Made by a program: the position numbers and the translations under genes | Notes under the pieces: generated by a model | What the model saw: the letters and a program-made list of their open reading frames with translations, nothing else | The model's database searches: none | Told to the model about the DNA's origin: nothing | Part shown: positions 38,701 through 52,912 of the stretch, one piece after another | How the letters are laid out: each line of letters starts with the position of its first letter | How positions within the stretch are numbered: the first letter of the stretch is position 1 | Source: the human T2T-CHM13v2.0 reference genome, Homo sapiens | Length of the DNA: 64,000 nucleotides | Strand: one strand, 5' to 3' | Assembly (NCBI RefSeq): GCF_009914755.1 | Contig: NC_060938.1

Positions 38701-39346
38701 AAATAGTAATAGCCTTACCCACTTTCCCTCTGACTAATATCAGTTCTAGAAAACACTGAAAAAACCGTGGAATCTTGAGATACTTAGGCTTGTTATATTA
38801 GGAGATCACCAGAAAAAGAAAGAACCAAGCGTCCTTGGAGATTCCTCCATTGTAACTGATTTGTGACTGCGGTGCAGGATGGTCGTAGTGGAGGAGGCTG
38901 TGCCTGTGTAGGGCAGGGAGTCATGGGAATTCTCACGCCTCCTGTGCAATTTCTTTGTAATCCTAAAACTGCTGTAAAATAAACTTTATGATAAGGAGTG
39001 ACAGAAACATTTGAAGGAAACTTTTGGCACTTTTTAAGAATCATTCTTAGTCTCACCACATGATCAAATAACCTTGCTCCAAATCATGTATTCATCCAAT
39101 TTGAAAACTTGTTCACAGTAGCACCTTCATGGAATGTTTGTATCAACGTTATAGAGTGTGGCCTTTTCCACTCTGTGAATTTGGCTTATATTACGACTCT
39201 TGAATGGAATATTTATCTTAAAATTAGAGTATGTACTTGTTTCTACTGTTCTTTTTTTCTCAAATATATAACCCATTTTGTAAACAGCCTTAAACCTAAT
39301 AACCCCTGTCATCTCCTCAGCCCGGCACAGCTGCCTTCTCCCTCAG

Positions 39347-39824
<478 letters not shown>

Positions 39825-39906
39825 GGTGATGAGCTGTGCTCCCAGGGGCTTCTTTAGAGGAGGAATGTGGTTGTTATGTGATGCTCTCAGGGCACCAATA
39901 TATCTA

Positions 39907-39948
39907 TATTTATCTCAGAAGACCTCAGGTTATTTGCATATGCATGAG
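39907..39948 (-). promoter_or_regulatory. IGHV1-69 promoter: heptamer, octamer and TATA-like box
   Basis: Minus strand CTCATGC-AT-ATGCAAAT (octamer 39939-39932); TAAATA 39912-39907. Confidence 0.9.
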
Positions 39949-40840
39949 GCAGGGTATTTCACAGCTCAAAGCCTGATCTACGATGAGAAAGAAAACACAG
40001 ATGCCACATCAGCTGTACAAGTGTGGGATGCTGAGAGACCAAGCCCTAAATCCTGCCTGAGGAAAAGCATCTCTTGCCCCATTTCTAAGCTTTCTGTGCA
40101 CAGCGCTCTTCCCGCTGCAGAACAAACCCCAACCCCAGGATGCACTCCTCACTGTGAACCCACATTTTATTGGCCTAAAGATTACCTGGGTTTTTTGTGG
40201 GACCATTGCTGTCTCTGACATTGAGCAGGCACCTAGACCCATCCTGGTCCCATTAGGAACACTCAGAGCTCACTGGTAACACTGAAAAGGTGGCCACTCG
40301 TTACCCTACATGAGTGTCCAGCAGGACCCATGGAGAGTTCTGAGATCTGCTGGACACTCCCAAGACAGAGTCCCCAGCACTTTCCTGAGGGTCCTGACCT
40401 CCCAGGCCTTCAAGGGAAAGACTCTTGGTTGACAGATTTGCCGTCTGATGTGTGATTGGTTCTGAGACTTCCCTCCCATTGACAGTAGGAATCAGGGGTT
40501 GAAGTAGAAATAGGAATTTGAGTTTCTTGATGAACTCATAGCTCCCAAAATAATTACCAAGTAATTTGTATTTTGAATAAGTTTGTGTTTTATTTCAAAC
40601 TGCATTAAATAGAATTATTTGAAGTATTTTCATGGTTTTAGATCATATCCATAGATCATCATCTTTACATGTTGATTTCTGTTCCGCTTGGTCTGGGCAC
40701 CTATCACACTCTTCAATCCACTGCTTCCAAGTCACAAACACAACGTAGGAAACTTTACTTATCTCTGAAGTCTGAATACCTTCTTCATAGGAATATAGTG
40801 TCTCCCACAGTTATGTGCCCATTGAATTAAAAAAAAACCA

Positions 40841-41144
40841 TCCATATCCTTCATATTCTCACTATTCAGATATTTATTATCCTAGAACCCCACTTAGAAA
40901 TATAGCTCTCCTTGCTTTTTGAGTGATATAAGTGGCCCAGTTTCCATATCCTTCATATTCTCACTATTCAGGTATTTATTATCCTAGAACCCCCCTTATA
41001 AATATAGCTCTCATTCCTTTTTGAGTGATATAAGTGGCCCAGTTTCCATATCCTTCATATTCTCACTATTCAGGTATTTATTATCCTAGAACCCCCCTTA
41101 GAAATATAGCTCTCATTGCTTTTTGAGTGATGTAAGTGGCCCAG
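40841..41144. repeat. 102-bp tandem repeat, 3 copies
   Basis: tccatatccttcatattctcactattc starts at 40841, 40943 and 41045. Confidence 0.95.
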
Positions 41145-41279
41145 ATGAAATAGAATATTTAGATGAGTATCAGCAACTTGCTGAACACTTAATTTAGAAT
41201 GACTTGTTGAATAAGGAAGACTCAGGCCCTGGAAGAATATTTGCTTTTATTTATCTCCAACAAATAAGGGAGAATATAT

Positions 41280-43360
41280 AATATCTGGTTTTCTGTTCCT
41301 GAATTAGTTTTCTAAGAGTATTGACTGCCAGTTCCATCATGTTCCTACAAAGGACATAGTTTCATTCTTTCCTTAGCTGCATAGTATTCCATGGTTGTAT
41401 GTACCACATTTTTCTCTATCATTCTGCCAGTGATGGGGATTTAGGTAAATTCCATGTCTATGCTATTGTGGATAGTGCTGCAGTGAACCTACATGTTTAT
41501 ATTCCTTTAGGTATATGTCCAGTTGTAGGATTGTTGGGTCAAATGAAACTTCTGTTTTAGGTTATTGGAGGGATCACCACACTGCTTTCCACAATGGTTG
41601 AACTCATTTATATTCCCGCCAGAAGTGTATAAATTTCCCCTTTTTTCTGTAACCTTAAAAATCTGTTATTTTTTTTTTAAGATTAGCCATCCTGACTGAT
41701 GTGAGACGGTACCTCATTGAGGTTTTGATATGTATTTCTCTAATGATAGTGATATTCAGCACTTTTTCCTATGCTTGTTGGCCACATGTAGGTCTTTTTT
41801 GAAGTGTCTTTTCATGTCCTTTGGTCACTTTTTATTTCTTGAATGTTTGTTAAATTTCCATGTATATACTAAGTATCGGACCTTTGTCAGATGTATAGGC
41901 TGCAAATATTTTATTTCCCATTCTGTAGGTTGCCTGTTTTCTCTGTTGATAGTATCTTTTGCTGTACAGAAGCTCTTTAATTTACTTAGGTCCCATTTGT
42001 CAATTTTCAATTTTGTTGCAACTACTTCTAGCATTTTCATTATAAAACCTTTGTCAGTTCTTACCTCCTAAATTCTGTTTCCTAGGTTATTATCCAGAGG
42101 TTTTATAGTGTTAGGTTATACATTTTGATCTTTAATCAACATATAATTTTTTTCAATTGATGCTGAAAACGCATTTGATGAAACAACATCCTTTCATAAA
42201 AAAACCATAAAAAATGGGTATAGAAAGAACCCATCGCGACAAAATAAAAGTTACATTCGAGAGACTTTCAGGTAGTATCAGGTTGAATGAGAAATAACTA
42301 AAAGTCTTTTCTCTAAGATCTGGAACACGACAAGTTTCCCACTTTAACCACCGGTAAAGCATAAACCCTTCTGCTGCCACCATAGCCGGCTCTTACCTGC
42401 GAGCACCACCTACTGGCCTGACGTTCAAACTGCATGACCTCATACAAACTCAATACCACCAGTGTACAGCAGTTGAAAATGAGATTAGCTTCTCATTACT
42501 TCGGTGATTCCAACCCCGCAAAAGACCACGGGCCTGCTCACATACCCAGTATATTACCACTACAACGGGAATTTGAAAAAGCCACCACACTAAAGCTCTT
42601 AATAACAAAAGAAACCACACTGAGTAGATGCCCCTCAGCTCGCCATTTCCATCAAGGCTGGCGCTTTTGCTTGCCAGGCTCGGTGGCTCATGTGTGTCCA
42701 GCTTGGTCCACCTCTCAGGGGCTGAGCAGGGAACTCAGGTCACTGTGCATTTCATAGACCAGTCCATCGCCTGAGGCAACAGAGAGCTTCTCCCTGTGCA
42801 CAGATATCAAGCATGTACTCAACTGCTTCTACCAGAGTCAGCTCTAATCTGTAAGACATCTACTAATGTGGAGGGTGAACTTAACAACCCAACACAAAAT
42901 CTGCTGAAACAAAGGCATTCCAAATGAGAAACAGTTCCTGAGGCCTCCACTATCTAGGACCTGCAGCGGGCAGTGAGCCTACTCACAAGTCCAGTACTTT
43001 GGTACTAAAACCACCATTTCAGAAAGCCACTAAATAATGGCTATCTATAGACAAGGAACTCTTACAGAGTCTTTGCCACTAAGTAAACCAAGAACCAAAA
43101 TCAAAATACCCACACAATGTACATTATATTCACATTCTAAAGGGAATTAAATATTCATCAAAATCAGAATGAATTAAAAAATAAGAAGAAGCGATAGTTT
43201 AGCTAATGAAAAGCAAACAGATAAGCAATTCAGGAAGTATGAAAAAACAGAGTCACAAAACCCCAAATATCACCTTAACTCTCCAGCAATAGAATCTAAA
43301 CAACATGACATATTTGAAATGTCTGATAAATCATTCAAAATGTTGATTTTAAAGAAGCTC
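41280..43360. mobile_element. Cluster of L1 fragments (minus-strand 3' part to ~42150, then plus-strand RT and 5'/ORF1 pieces)
   Basis: ORF 41825-42040 [17 protein letters not shown] (L1 ORF2); SIDAENAFD-like RT motif at ~42153. Confidence 0.8.
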
Positions 43361-43399
43361 AATTAAACCTTTTTCTCTAGTGGCTCAGTAAGCACCGGC

Positions 43400-43935
43400 A
43401 CTGAGACAAGCACTATGAAGACAATTGCAGCCCACCCCCTGATGAACTGACCCCCTGTTCCGCAAACCATAACCCCAGCTTTGATTGAACACTAGAGTGA
43501 TATCAGGAACTTTCTCCTGATCCAAGACCACTGACCATGGCCTGGCTCTGGCCGTTTACAGAAGCTGCACACTGAGTGCCTTTGTGTCTCTGCTTGTGCT
43601 GTTTGCACATAGGGCCTCACTGGAATGAATTTAAATGCTAAGGCTCCACTGGTAAGTGAACAGGGGTCATATGTTACAGACATGTTTGTTCAGTATGCAT
43701 GTGTCAGGACCACCTCCATGAACATCTATAGCCCCTCCTGTAACCTGTTGATTATGTCTGTTTAGCCAAACCCTTCACCATAAAGCTTCTGCCCAACCCC
43801 TTCTTCCTGGGAGTGCCTTTCTCTCGTCTTTACCAAGAGCTATGCTTTCCAGGATATGGGATGGCTGTAACCCTTGATAAAAATAAACTCTCACTTTCCT
43901 AAATTGTAGATTGTGTTTTTTTTTTTTATTTAACA
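43400..43935 (+). mobile_element. ERV1 solo LTR, MER39/MER34-like
   Basis: actttctcctga..gaccactgaccatgg..catgtttgttcagtatgcatgtgtcaggaccacc..aataaa..ttaaca; family from memory. Confidence 0.55.
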
Positions 43936-44344
43936 CAACTGAAGATTAAATTCCGAAGTTCACCTAATTATAAGGCTACTTGCACTGGATGGTAACTCCC
44001 TCTGCCCCAATGCCCAGCATGCACTTTTTCCTGGCTGCTGCTGGCTGACCTTTGGAGTTCTGTTGAGCTGGGCTGTAATGCTGAGTTAAACACCGCACCT
44101 TTTATAGATTTAGCTGATTAACTTCAGAAGCATTGGTAACTTATTGACATTGAGAAACAGGAGTAAGTGACTGTAGGTGACTCTGCCTTTGGTGCATGTG
44201 AGAAAGTTTTTCTCTTGTTACGACAAATGTTTCTTCTTCAGAGACTTCACAGGAAGAACAGGATAAGGAATCCAGAGATATGCCACAAAGGAAACTGTTT
44301 TATGGAGAGGAAGCCACAGGGTTGACAGGAAACCAGAACTTAAC

Positions 44345-44460
44345 CCGCATCTGCACCTGCCCTGGGGCTGGCTCTTGTGTTCAGTGGGTCCTGAGCGCCC
44401 CCAGGTGGTCCTGTGCCCACTTCAGGGAGGCTTGTTTCTGGGCTCATACTGACTTTTTTT
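44345..44460 (-). other. Orphan VH3-type 3' flank: CTCF element, nonamer and spacer, without heptamer or V exon
   Basis: Aligns with the IGHV3-71 flank (52331-52443); CCACCTGGGGGCGC at 44408-44395. Confidence 0.7.
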
Positions 44461-45899
44461 CTAATTGTTTTCACAAAAATGGAGACAGAGTAAATGGTGA
44501 ATCCATGCATCTCAGAGAACACAGAACAGCAGAATAACACCCCATGCTCCCCCCACACACATTTAGGTAAATCTTATTAAAATTGTTGAAAACCAAAGAC
44601 AAATAGAAATACAGGCAGACAAGTGGAGGTGAGTAGAGGGGGCATTCCTTCCAAAAGAACAGAAAAGACCATGACAGCATTCTTCTGGTTAAAACCTTAT
44701 AAGCAAGAAGAAAATTGATGGTGTCTGTAAAGTGTTGGAAGAAAAGCCAGCCCATTATTTGATAACCCATGGATGTTCGCTATGAAGTGAAAAAAAAAAA
44801 CAGTTCTATTTCTCTTTGACAGCATGAGGGGCTCAATGAATCCATGCCCTCATGAGACCAGTGAAAATTATTTTGGGAAATTACAGGTTTGGAAAGACTC
44901 TAACAGCACACAGTGAGTGAAGAAACATTTATTCAGGAAAATCTAGAAAACTCAGTAAGGCCAGTCATCATATTTGATCTAAGATGCTCTTCCTTCCTTC
45001 CACATCCCAGCTCAGCATGATGTAAACTCCACTGCGGACAGATGCAGCCAAGAAGACAGGACACCTTCTACCAACTCCCACCAGAGGAAACGCTTTCCCA
45101 GGGGCCAGTACGTTGGCCCTCTGACCCTGCACACAGCACATGATGCTGAGGTTCAGTGCTGGACGAGAGCTACTGAGAGCCAGAGACTCACTTCTTCCAT
45201 AGAGCCCCACTCGTGGATGGAGGCTCTGCCCTGGGTCCAGTGCCACTGGGAACATTCAGTCCGCGGTTTCTAGCTCTGCCCTATGGCACCGATTCCGCCC
45301 CACCAGAACCAAAGTGCTGGGATGGTGGGAAGCTTCTGCCCAACCTTCCAATTAGCGCTCATCTCCTAGGCTGAGGAAGAAAAAAGCTCAACTTCGTCTC
45401 CACCTGCAGAAACTTGGTTATGCACTCTGTCCCAGGAGAGAAGGGGCACTGGAATTCAGTCATAAAATATGATCCTTAAGTTGGTCCTAAACATCCTAAC
45501 TTCAATAACAACAGAATGCGGAAAAGTTCAAAGCCTGCCTGTGCTCTCAGAAACAGTGGAGGGTGTGGGGGAAGGTGCTTGGAGGGAGATGGGTGGATGC
45601 ACGGGAGATGCAGGCTAAACTGCAGGGCTGCTGGCTTGCAGGAGAGAACCGAGGAGGTGGGAGAGCTGAGGGACGTTCTCTTGTGGTTGGAACAAATGCC
45701 GGACGCTGTTCAAAGGAGCCCGTGTTTGTTTCGTTCAGTCTGTGAAGCAGTTCAAACCTCACTGCATGGTTGAAAATAGGATTTTCCATCTGCAAGTGGT
45801 GGAGCTCAATATCTGGGTCTGGTCAGGAAAGAGACACAGAAAGTCCAGCCCAAACCACTGACACCTGAGGATGACCGTGGTGCTTACAGCTGTGTCCCT

Positions 45900-47610
45900 T
45901 TGATCTTTGAGACTGGCTTCTCTCACTTAGCACAATGTCTGGAGTTCACCTGTAATAGTTTATGTATCGGTCACTTGTTATTTTTTTATTGCTGGTGGTA
46001 TTCAATTTATAGATGCTTCCTAGTTCTTCACCTATTCAAATTTTGAGACATTTATGTTATTTTTACTTTCTAACACACATACACACGATATCTTGAATAT
46101 TTGAATAGAAGTTATGCGTGAATGTAAGATTGTTTTTCTCTGATGCAAATATTCAGGTGTTAAGGGTATGTTTGATTTTAGAGAAAACTAAAAATTATTT
46201 TCCTGAGTATCTGTTTCATTTTGCATTCCTGTTAGCAATGTTTTAGCCTCTAGCAACCTGGTATGCTCACCAGCATTGATGTTATCTGTATTTCTTCTTA
46301 ATTTCAGCCATTTTAAAAAGTGTACAGTGGTGTCTCTTTGCGGGCTTGATTTGAATTTCTCTAACGGAAAATCCTGTTGAGATCCTGTTTATATGCTTCA
46401 GTGTCATCTGCACATCTTCTTTGACGAAATGTCTGTAGAAACCCTTGCCTAATTTATCCATCAGTTGTTTCTTTTTTATTCACAGTTGAGTTCTGAAGTT
46501 TCTTATTATAGTTACATTGGTGGTTATTTGACTCGCAAACAGTTTCTCATCTGTAACCGGGCATTCATTTTCTTACAGTCATTTGAGTAGAAAAAGTTTT
46601 TAAATTTAATGAGGTCAACTAATATCAAGTTCATTTATTGATCATATTCTACATTTTAATTTTAAGATCATTGGTCAATTCTTAATTATTTTATATTGTG
46701 CCTGTTATGTAATGACTCATCATGCTCCCACCTTCTGCCCGCCCATCCTTGTAAGTCTCCAATGTGTGTAATTTCTCTCTACAAATCCTTGTGTACACGC
46801 TGTTTACCTCCCACTTACAAGTAATAATGTGTGACATGTGACATTCTGTTTGTGAGTTAGTTCACTAATTATATTGTCCCCCACTTCTATGCATCTTGCT
46901 GCAAAAGACACAGTTTCATTCCTTATTGTGGCTGACTAGTATTGAATTGTGCATACATGCTATATTCTTTTATAAAATCATCGGTTGGCAGACACTCAGT
47001 TTGACATATGTGCTATTGAGAGTAGTTTTATGGTAAGCATAGAAGGTGGGTATCTTTTTGAAATAATAGTTTATTTTCCTTTGGGTAGTTACCCAGTAGT
47101 GGGATTGCTGGACCAAATGACAGTTCTATTTCTAGTTTTCTGGGAAATCTCCATACCATTTTCCACAGAGGTTGTACTCATCTACATCCTCATCAACAAT
47201 GTCTAAGAGTTGCCTTCATTTCCCATCCTCAGCAACATCTGATATTATTTGAGTTTTTAGTAATAGTCATTGTGACTGGTGGAAGATGATATCTTATTGT
47301 GGTTTTAATTTGCATTTCCCTGATGGTTAGTGATGTTGAGTATTGTTTATATATTTATTATCCATTTCTATGTGTTCTTTTGAAAATGTCTACTCATGTC
47401 CTTTGCTCATTTTAACGGAGTTATTTGGTTCTTGTTGCTGTTGTTGTTGTAGAGTTGTTTGAGTTCCTTGCAAATTCTTCATATTAGTTCCCTGTCACAG
47501 GCAAAGTGTGCAAAAGTTTTCTGTCATTCTGTAAATTGCGTATTCACTCTGTTGTTGTGAAAAAAATTATTTAGGTTAATTAAGTCTCATCTGTCTATTT
47601 TTTTTTAGGT
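45900..47610 (-). mobile_element. L1 fragments
   Basis: acccagtagtgggattgctgg and gtggttttaatttgcatttccctgatggttagtgatgttgag. Confidence 0.8.
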
Positions 47611-47784
47611 AGCAGGACCTTTCATGCTGAATCTTTGTCAAACAGGATACAGCTTCTGCTTGCATGAACCACTAACAGGGGACATGCCATTTATTAGTAA
47701 AGAAGAGGGAGGAAAACAAGGCTCTGAGTCAGATGGGGATGGGAAACGCAGGCCCTGGCAGGAAATGGCATCTCAGCCACACTA

Positions 47785-48314
<530 letters not shown>

Positions 48315-48388
48315 GGTGGAGAGCAGGATTCACTGAGCGAGGCCCTGTCCTCGTCTTTTGAACCCAGGGGAGGGTGGAGCTGGTGGAG

Positions 48389-48396
48389 ATTTGCAT
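48389..48396 (-). promoter_or_regulatory. Octamer of the IGHV2-70 promoter
   Basis: ATGCAAAT on the minus strand, ~75 bp upstream of the ATG. Confidence 0.9.
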
Positions 48397-50729
48397 CCCC
48401 TCATCTGAGCCCTACTCTATGGGGTGCACTCAGGTCTCAGGACTCAGTAGGGGAGTGCATCTGTGGTGAGGAGCAGTGAGCCCTCAGGTGTGGGGGTCCA
48501 CGTGTGCTCTCCATCAGGGAATCTATCTCATTTCAGCACCATGGCTCTCAGTCAAGTCTTGACGCTCCTGCTTCTACAGACAGGATCTTCTTCGATGCTC
48601 CCGCACCGGACATGCAACCTTCTGGTTTTAGTCCTAGAGGATTAGAGTAGAAATCAAGAGAGCTGCCGTTCCTCCTCCCTTCAAGAATAATGATGGTGGG
48701 CATCTGGGGGGCAAGGGGCTCCCCACAAGCATTCTGATCAAAATCCTCTTTGATTATGGGGAAAAGTGATGAATTTGTGTAAAAAAATTGGAGAGAATAA
48801 ATAAGAAAATACAGTTACAAGTAATTATGTAAAGAAGTGTGTGCTTAGCAGTGTGTGTGCACACAGCTGCATTCCTAGAGGCATGTTCCATGAAAAATCG
48901 ATGTTGTCCTTGTGCCCCGTCAGTTCTGTGGAGAGAGTAGACTGCATGAATGACTTCCCTTTTCTCAGCCCATGAATGAGCGGATGCTTTGGACAAGGGA
49001 ATTGGAAGACTCCTGAGGGAGCAGCAGGCTGACTGTTGCAGCCTTGCTCTGCACCTGCACTGGATGTGGTCTCTGTGCTCATAAGGCCGTGGAAACTCAT
49101 CAATCCAGGTTCAAGAAGTTAACTGCAGAGTTATATTCATTTGTGTTTTCCTTTGTAACAAGAAAGTTCTGAGTTACAGATGATATAGTGGGTGGTCTCC
49201 TTAGGACTGGATGCTGTGAAGCAAAAGAAGACAACCCTAGATTGTAGTCAGAGGTTCTCTGGCTGGTTCCTTGATGCACCTGCTCCTAAATGGGGCTCTG
49301 TCTTGGCTGAATTCTGAGTTTCTTCTGCTTGTCCTCTGCTGCCCATACAGCCCAGATAAAGGAGGGCCAGGGGATCTGCTTCTGAGATGCCCAGTCCTAT
49401 GTCTGGCTCCAAGCCAGGAGCTCAGCCAGTCCTGGGGGCTGAACCTTGGATCTCTCCTGTGAGACCTCACCTGTGCACTGAGCATCCTCACAGCAAGGTG
49501 GCAAGGTCAGCTTCACAGAAATTACTGTAGACAATTTTCAGCAAATCTAATTGCAGTTCGACTATATAATTAAGGAATCATTTTTACTGGGGTGTAAGTG
49601 ACTGACATATCCCCCCACACACACACGCACACACACATAAACAGTATGGACATTAATTTACATTTCCCAAAAACTGGACACATTTTTAATTATTCCTGAT
49701 GAATTCACAAAATTCTGAGGTTTGAATCAGAAACTAAAATGTAACATTTTGTATAACCAAACATACAAATGAATAAGATGGGGTCAGAAAAATCAAGATT
49801 GAGTTATTACCTGCAGTCTGATGGTGGTAAGTTACAGAATGGAGCTGTGATGAGACAGGCTCCCAGGTGCTCTAATTCTTAACCCCTCAATTACAGCTGA
49901 CCAGCAATCTCTGAGAGTGAGGAAGCTAGAGGTTCCCCACACGGGAAAGCTCTCTGACTTCATTAAACTTCACTGGGCTTCTCTGCAGGCTCAGACGTGT
50001 GCAGACTCCTACCCTAGATTCTGCAGTCAGGCAAATCCCTGCTCTTTCCCGGGGACACAAGAGATAGTGTGGATAAGGGCCAGATGTGCTCTACTCAAGG
50101 TCTCTGCACATGGGGAAAAACCAGTGAAAGTGGAAAATGGATGTTCTTGATTCTTGGAACAATTCCCATGAAAAACTCAACTCTGCACCAGGACCTCATG
50201 CACAATTATAAACAAATGCAATTAAAATAAATGTGAAAATTACAATTGTTTGCAGGTGCACATTTGTTCATATATTTTTCCAAAAAATAAAGTAAAAGCA
50301 GGTGTTCTCTATAAAAATCCAAAAACAGTGTGTTGGCCCTGAGAATGCACGTCCCTCCCTCCTCCTACAGGCAGCAAAATGCAGGTGGGTCAGGTTCCCA
50401 GCAGCTGCTTTCTGACATCTGTGGCATGGCGTGTGCTGAGGCCCATGTCCTGTGGTCTACTCTAATGAAAGGAGTGACTCTGCAGGGATTCCTAAGCAGA
50501 GCCATTATTTCTGGGAGTCATGGGGATCCCCTGAGAGGAAACACTGACTTACAAGAGACTCAATTATATTTTGCCCCTCCCTTGCACAGCACAGAAATAT
50601 AGGGACCTTCCACCCAATCCAGCTTCCCCCTCTCTTTCACTCAGGGACAGGCTTCCACCATGTGCCATCGGCTTCCCAGCCTCATTCCACCCCCTGTGCA
50701 TTTTCTCTCAAAGGGATGAATGTATTTCT

Positions 50730-51135
50730 CACAACGGATGGATTATTCATGAGTCCCCTGGGCAATTCCCGAAGCTGAGGTGTCCTCCCCTCCTTTGTAC
50801 ACCATCTAGGGAACCTTCCTGATGTTGCCATGGCATGTGTAAACCGTCATGGCGCTGAGGGGAGTGGCTTTCAGCATGTTAAGGCATTATAATGAGCAGT
50901 GAGGACGAACAGAGATCACTTTTTTGCCATCCTGGTTTTGGTGGGCTGTGGCCAGCTTCTTTACTGTAACCTTTACCAGCAAGGTCTTTATAACCTGGAT
51001 CGTGTGCAGACCTCCTATCTCATCCTGTGACTAAGAACGCCTTAACTTACTGGGAATGTAGCCCAGCAGGTCTCAGTCTTATTTTTCCTAGCCTCTATTC
51101 AAGATGAAGTTGCTCTTGTTCAAAAGCTTCTGACA
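50730..51135 (-). mobile_element. MER41-like LTR, partial
   Basis: Reverse of TGTCAGAAGCTTTTGAACAAGAGCAACTTCATCTTGAATAG, the MER41 5' end. Confidence 0.8.
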
Positions 51136-52376
51136 CAAAAAATGTAGAAAGATATTTGTAATATGAGCATGACTATATTGCCAAATATAAAATAAAACAT
51201 AATAATGGCAACAATTTTCCCTGTCACCTTGACTAGACCATAGTCTCACCTACTCAATCACACACTAGCCTAGGTGTTGCTCCCATGGCATAATGCAGGT
51301 CTTAGTAGAGCCTGCCACTAATTTTTCCCAAGTCACGAAGAGTGTTCTAGATAACCTAGGTGTGCCTGATTCAATCAGAGCATAACAGAAGACGATGGGA
51401 CTCCATGCTGGATGGCAGATGCAGGTTTTCCTAGGAATCCCAGCCTGCCTTTCCCGAAGGCCAGCAGTATTGACCTTAGGCTGCCTAGCGAGACCCTATA
51501 ATTACTATTACCAGAGCTCACAGCACAATGGAGTGTCCATCCTCAGCTCTCCTAAAGTCACAGGGGAGAGCATAAATTCTGTGACAGTGTGAGAAGCACA
51601 AGATCAGCTCTACATCCACATCCCTTTGGAGAAAACTAGTATTATTCCCTTCATGACTAATGTTCACTTCGTTTTCCAAACACCTCCACATACAAAATAC
51701 AGCAGGAGTGTCACCAGGCTATGGTGAGTGAGAAAGTCCCCTCAGCCTACCCAGGTCCTGCAGACCTGATCTCTGGGATTTTGACTACAGAAAACACATC
51801 CTCTGTTTTCAGGCAAGAGAAGAAGAAAGGGAACTGTGAGAATCAAGTCTGCAGAGAAGGAAAATAGATTAGCAGAAATAAGGTCAACTGAATTAGTGTG
51901 AGTCAGATGTGCACAGTTTTTCAAGACGAGGTGAGATAGCTGTGAAAACCGTCAGGTTTTAAGGACTCTGACCCTGGGTGAGCCTCTCTCTTGGCTCCTA
52001 TCAGAACTCAAAGCCTGTTCTAATCAGAGATTCCCATGGAGGTCTCTGCCCTGAGTCTAACTGGAAAAGACTTCCCAGGTTCCACTGAGATTCCTCTGCA
52101 CTTTCATCCTGCTGACTACAGAAGGATCATCTGCCCCCAAAGTGACACTGTGGCTTCTGTGGAGGCGAGAATGTGTCCTCCTGTTACAAAAACAAAAATA
52201 CAGAAAGAACAAAAAAGTTTTGCATTTAGAGACATGAAATGTTAGTACAGGATTGTAAATCTGGAGAAGTTCCCTGGGGAAATTTGACAATGAGGCAGCC
52301 CCAGACCATCACAGGAAGCCAGCCCTCAGCAGCACCTGCACCTGCCCTGGAGACAGCCCCGTGCACAGTGTCCCTG

Positions 52377-52390
52377 GCGCCCCCTGGTGG
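52377..52390 (-). promoter_or_regulatory. RSS-adjacent CTCF-binding element of IGHV3-71
   Basis: Exact CCACCAGGGGGCGC, 21 bp beyond the nonamer. Confidence 0.8.
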
Positions 52391-52411
52391 TCCTGGGGAC
52401 CCCTGCAGGGA

Positions 52412-52450
52412 GGTTTGTGTCCGGGCTCACACTGACTTCCCCTCACTGTG
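52412..52450 (-). other. 23-RSS of IGHV3-71
   Basis: CACAGTG (52450-52444), 23-bp spacer, ACACAAACC (52420-52412). Confidence 0.95.
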
Positions 52451-52912
52451 TCTCTCGCACAGTAATACACGGCCGTGTCCTCGGCTCTCAGGCTGTTCAT
52501 TTGCAGATAGGTGATGCTTTTGGAATCATCTCTTGAGATTGTGAATCTGCCTTTCACAGACGTGGTCTATTCTGTTGTCCCACCATTAGCTTTGTTTCTA
52601 ATGAAACCTACCCACTCCAGCCCCTTCCCGGGAGCCTGGCGGACCCAGCTCATGTAGTAGTCACTGAAGGTGAATCCAGAGGCTGCACAGGAGAGTCTCA
52701 GGGACCCCCCAGGCTGGACCAAGCCTCCCCCGGACTCCACCAGCTGCACCTCACACTGGACACCTGCAAACAAAAAGAAACCCTGGTCAGAAACTGCCAC
52801 ACAAATCCACTGTTTCTCTCACTCTTATCCACTCACACTCAATTTCAATAGTTCTCAATGAATTACCTTTTAAAATAGCGGCAAGAAAAACCCAGCTCAG
52901 CCATGACTCCAT
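52451..52912 (-). pseudogene. IGHV3-71: IGHV3-family pseudogene with a single in-frame stop; exons 52912-52867 and 52763-52451
   Basis: [118 protein letters not shown]; TAG at 52569-52567. Confidence 0.93.

Noticed and set aside
41280-42350. Twin-primed (5'-inverted) L1 insertion
   Set aside because: The opposite-strand RT piece maps far upstream of the 3' piece and no TSD was found; it cannot be told apart from separate fragments
49400-49490. Inverted plus-strand V-like stretch (QELSQSWGL...LTCALS)
   Set aside because: No FR2 Trp, FR3 or RSS; too short to tell from chance
50730-50790. MER41 interferon-inducible STAT1 enhancer near IGHV3-71
   Set aside because: No intact TTCNNNGAA at the expected place (reads gagtcccctgggcaattcccgaag), so the GAS motifs appear lost
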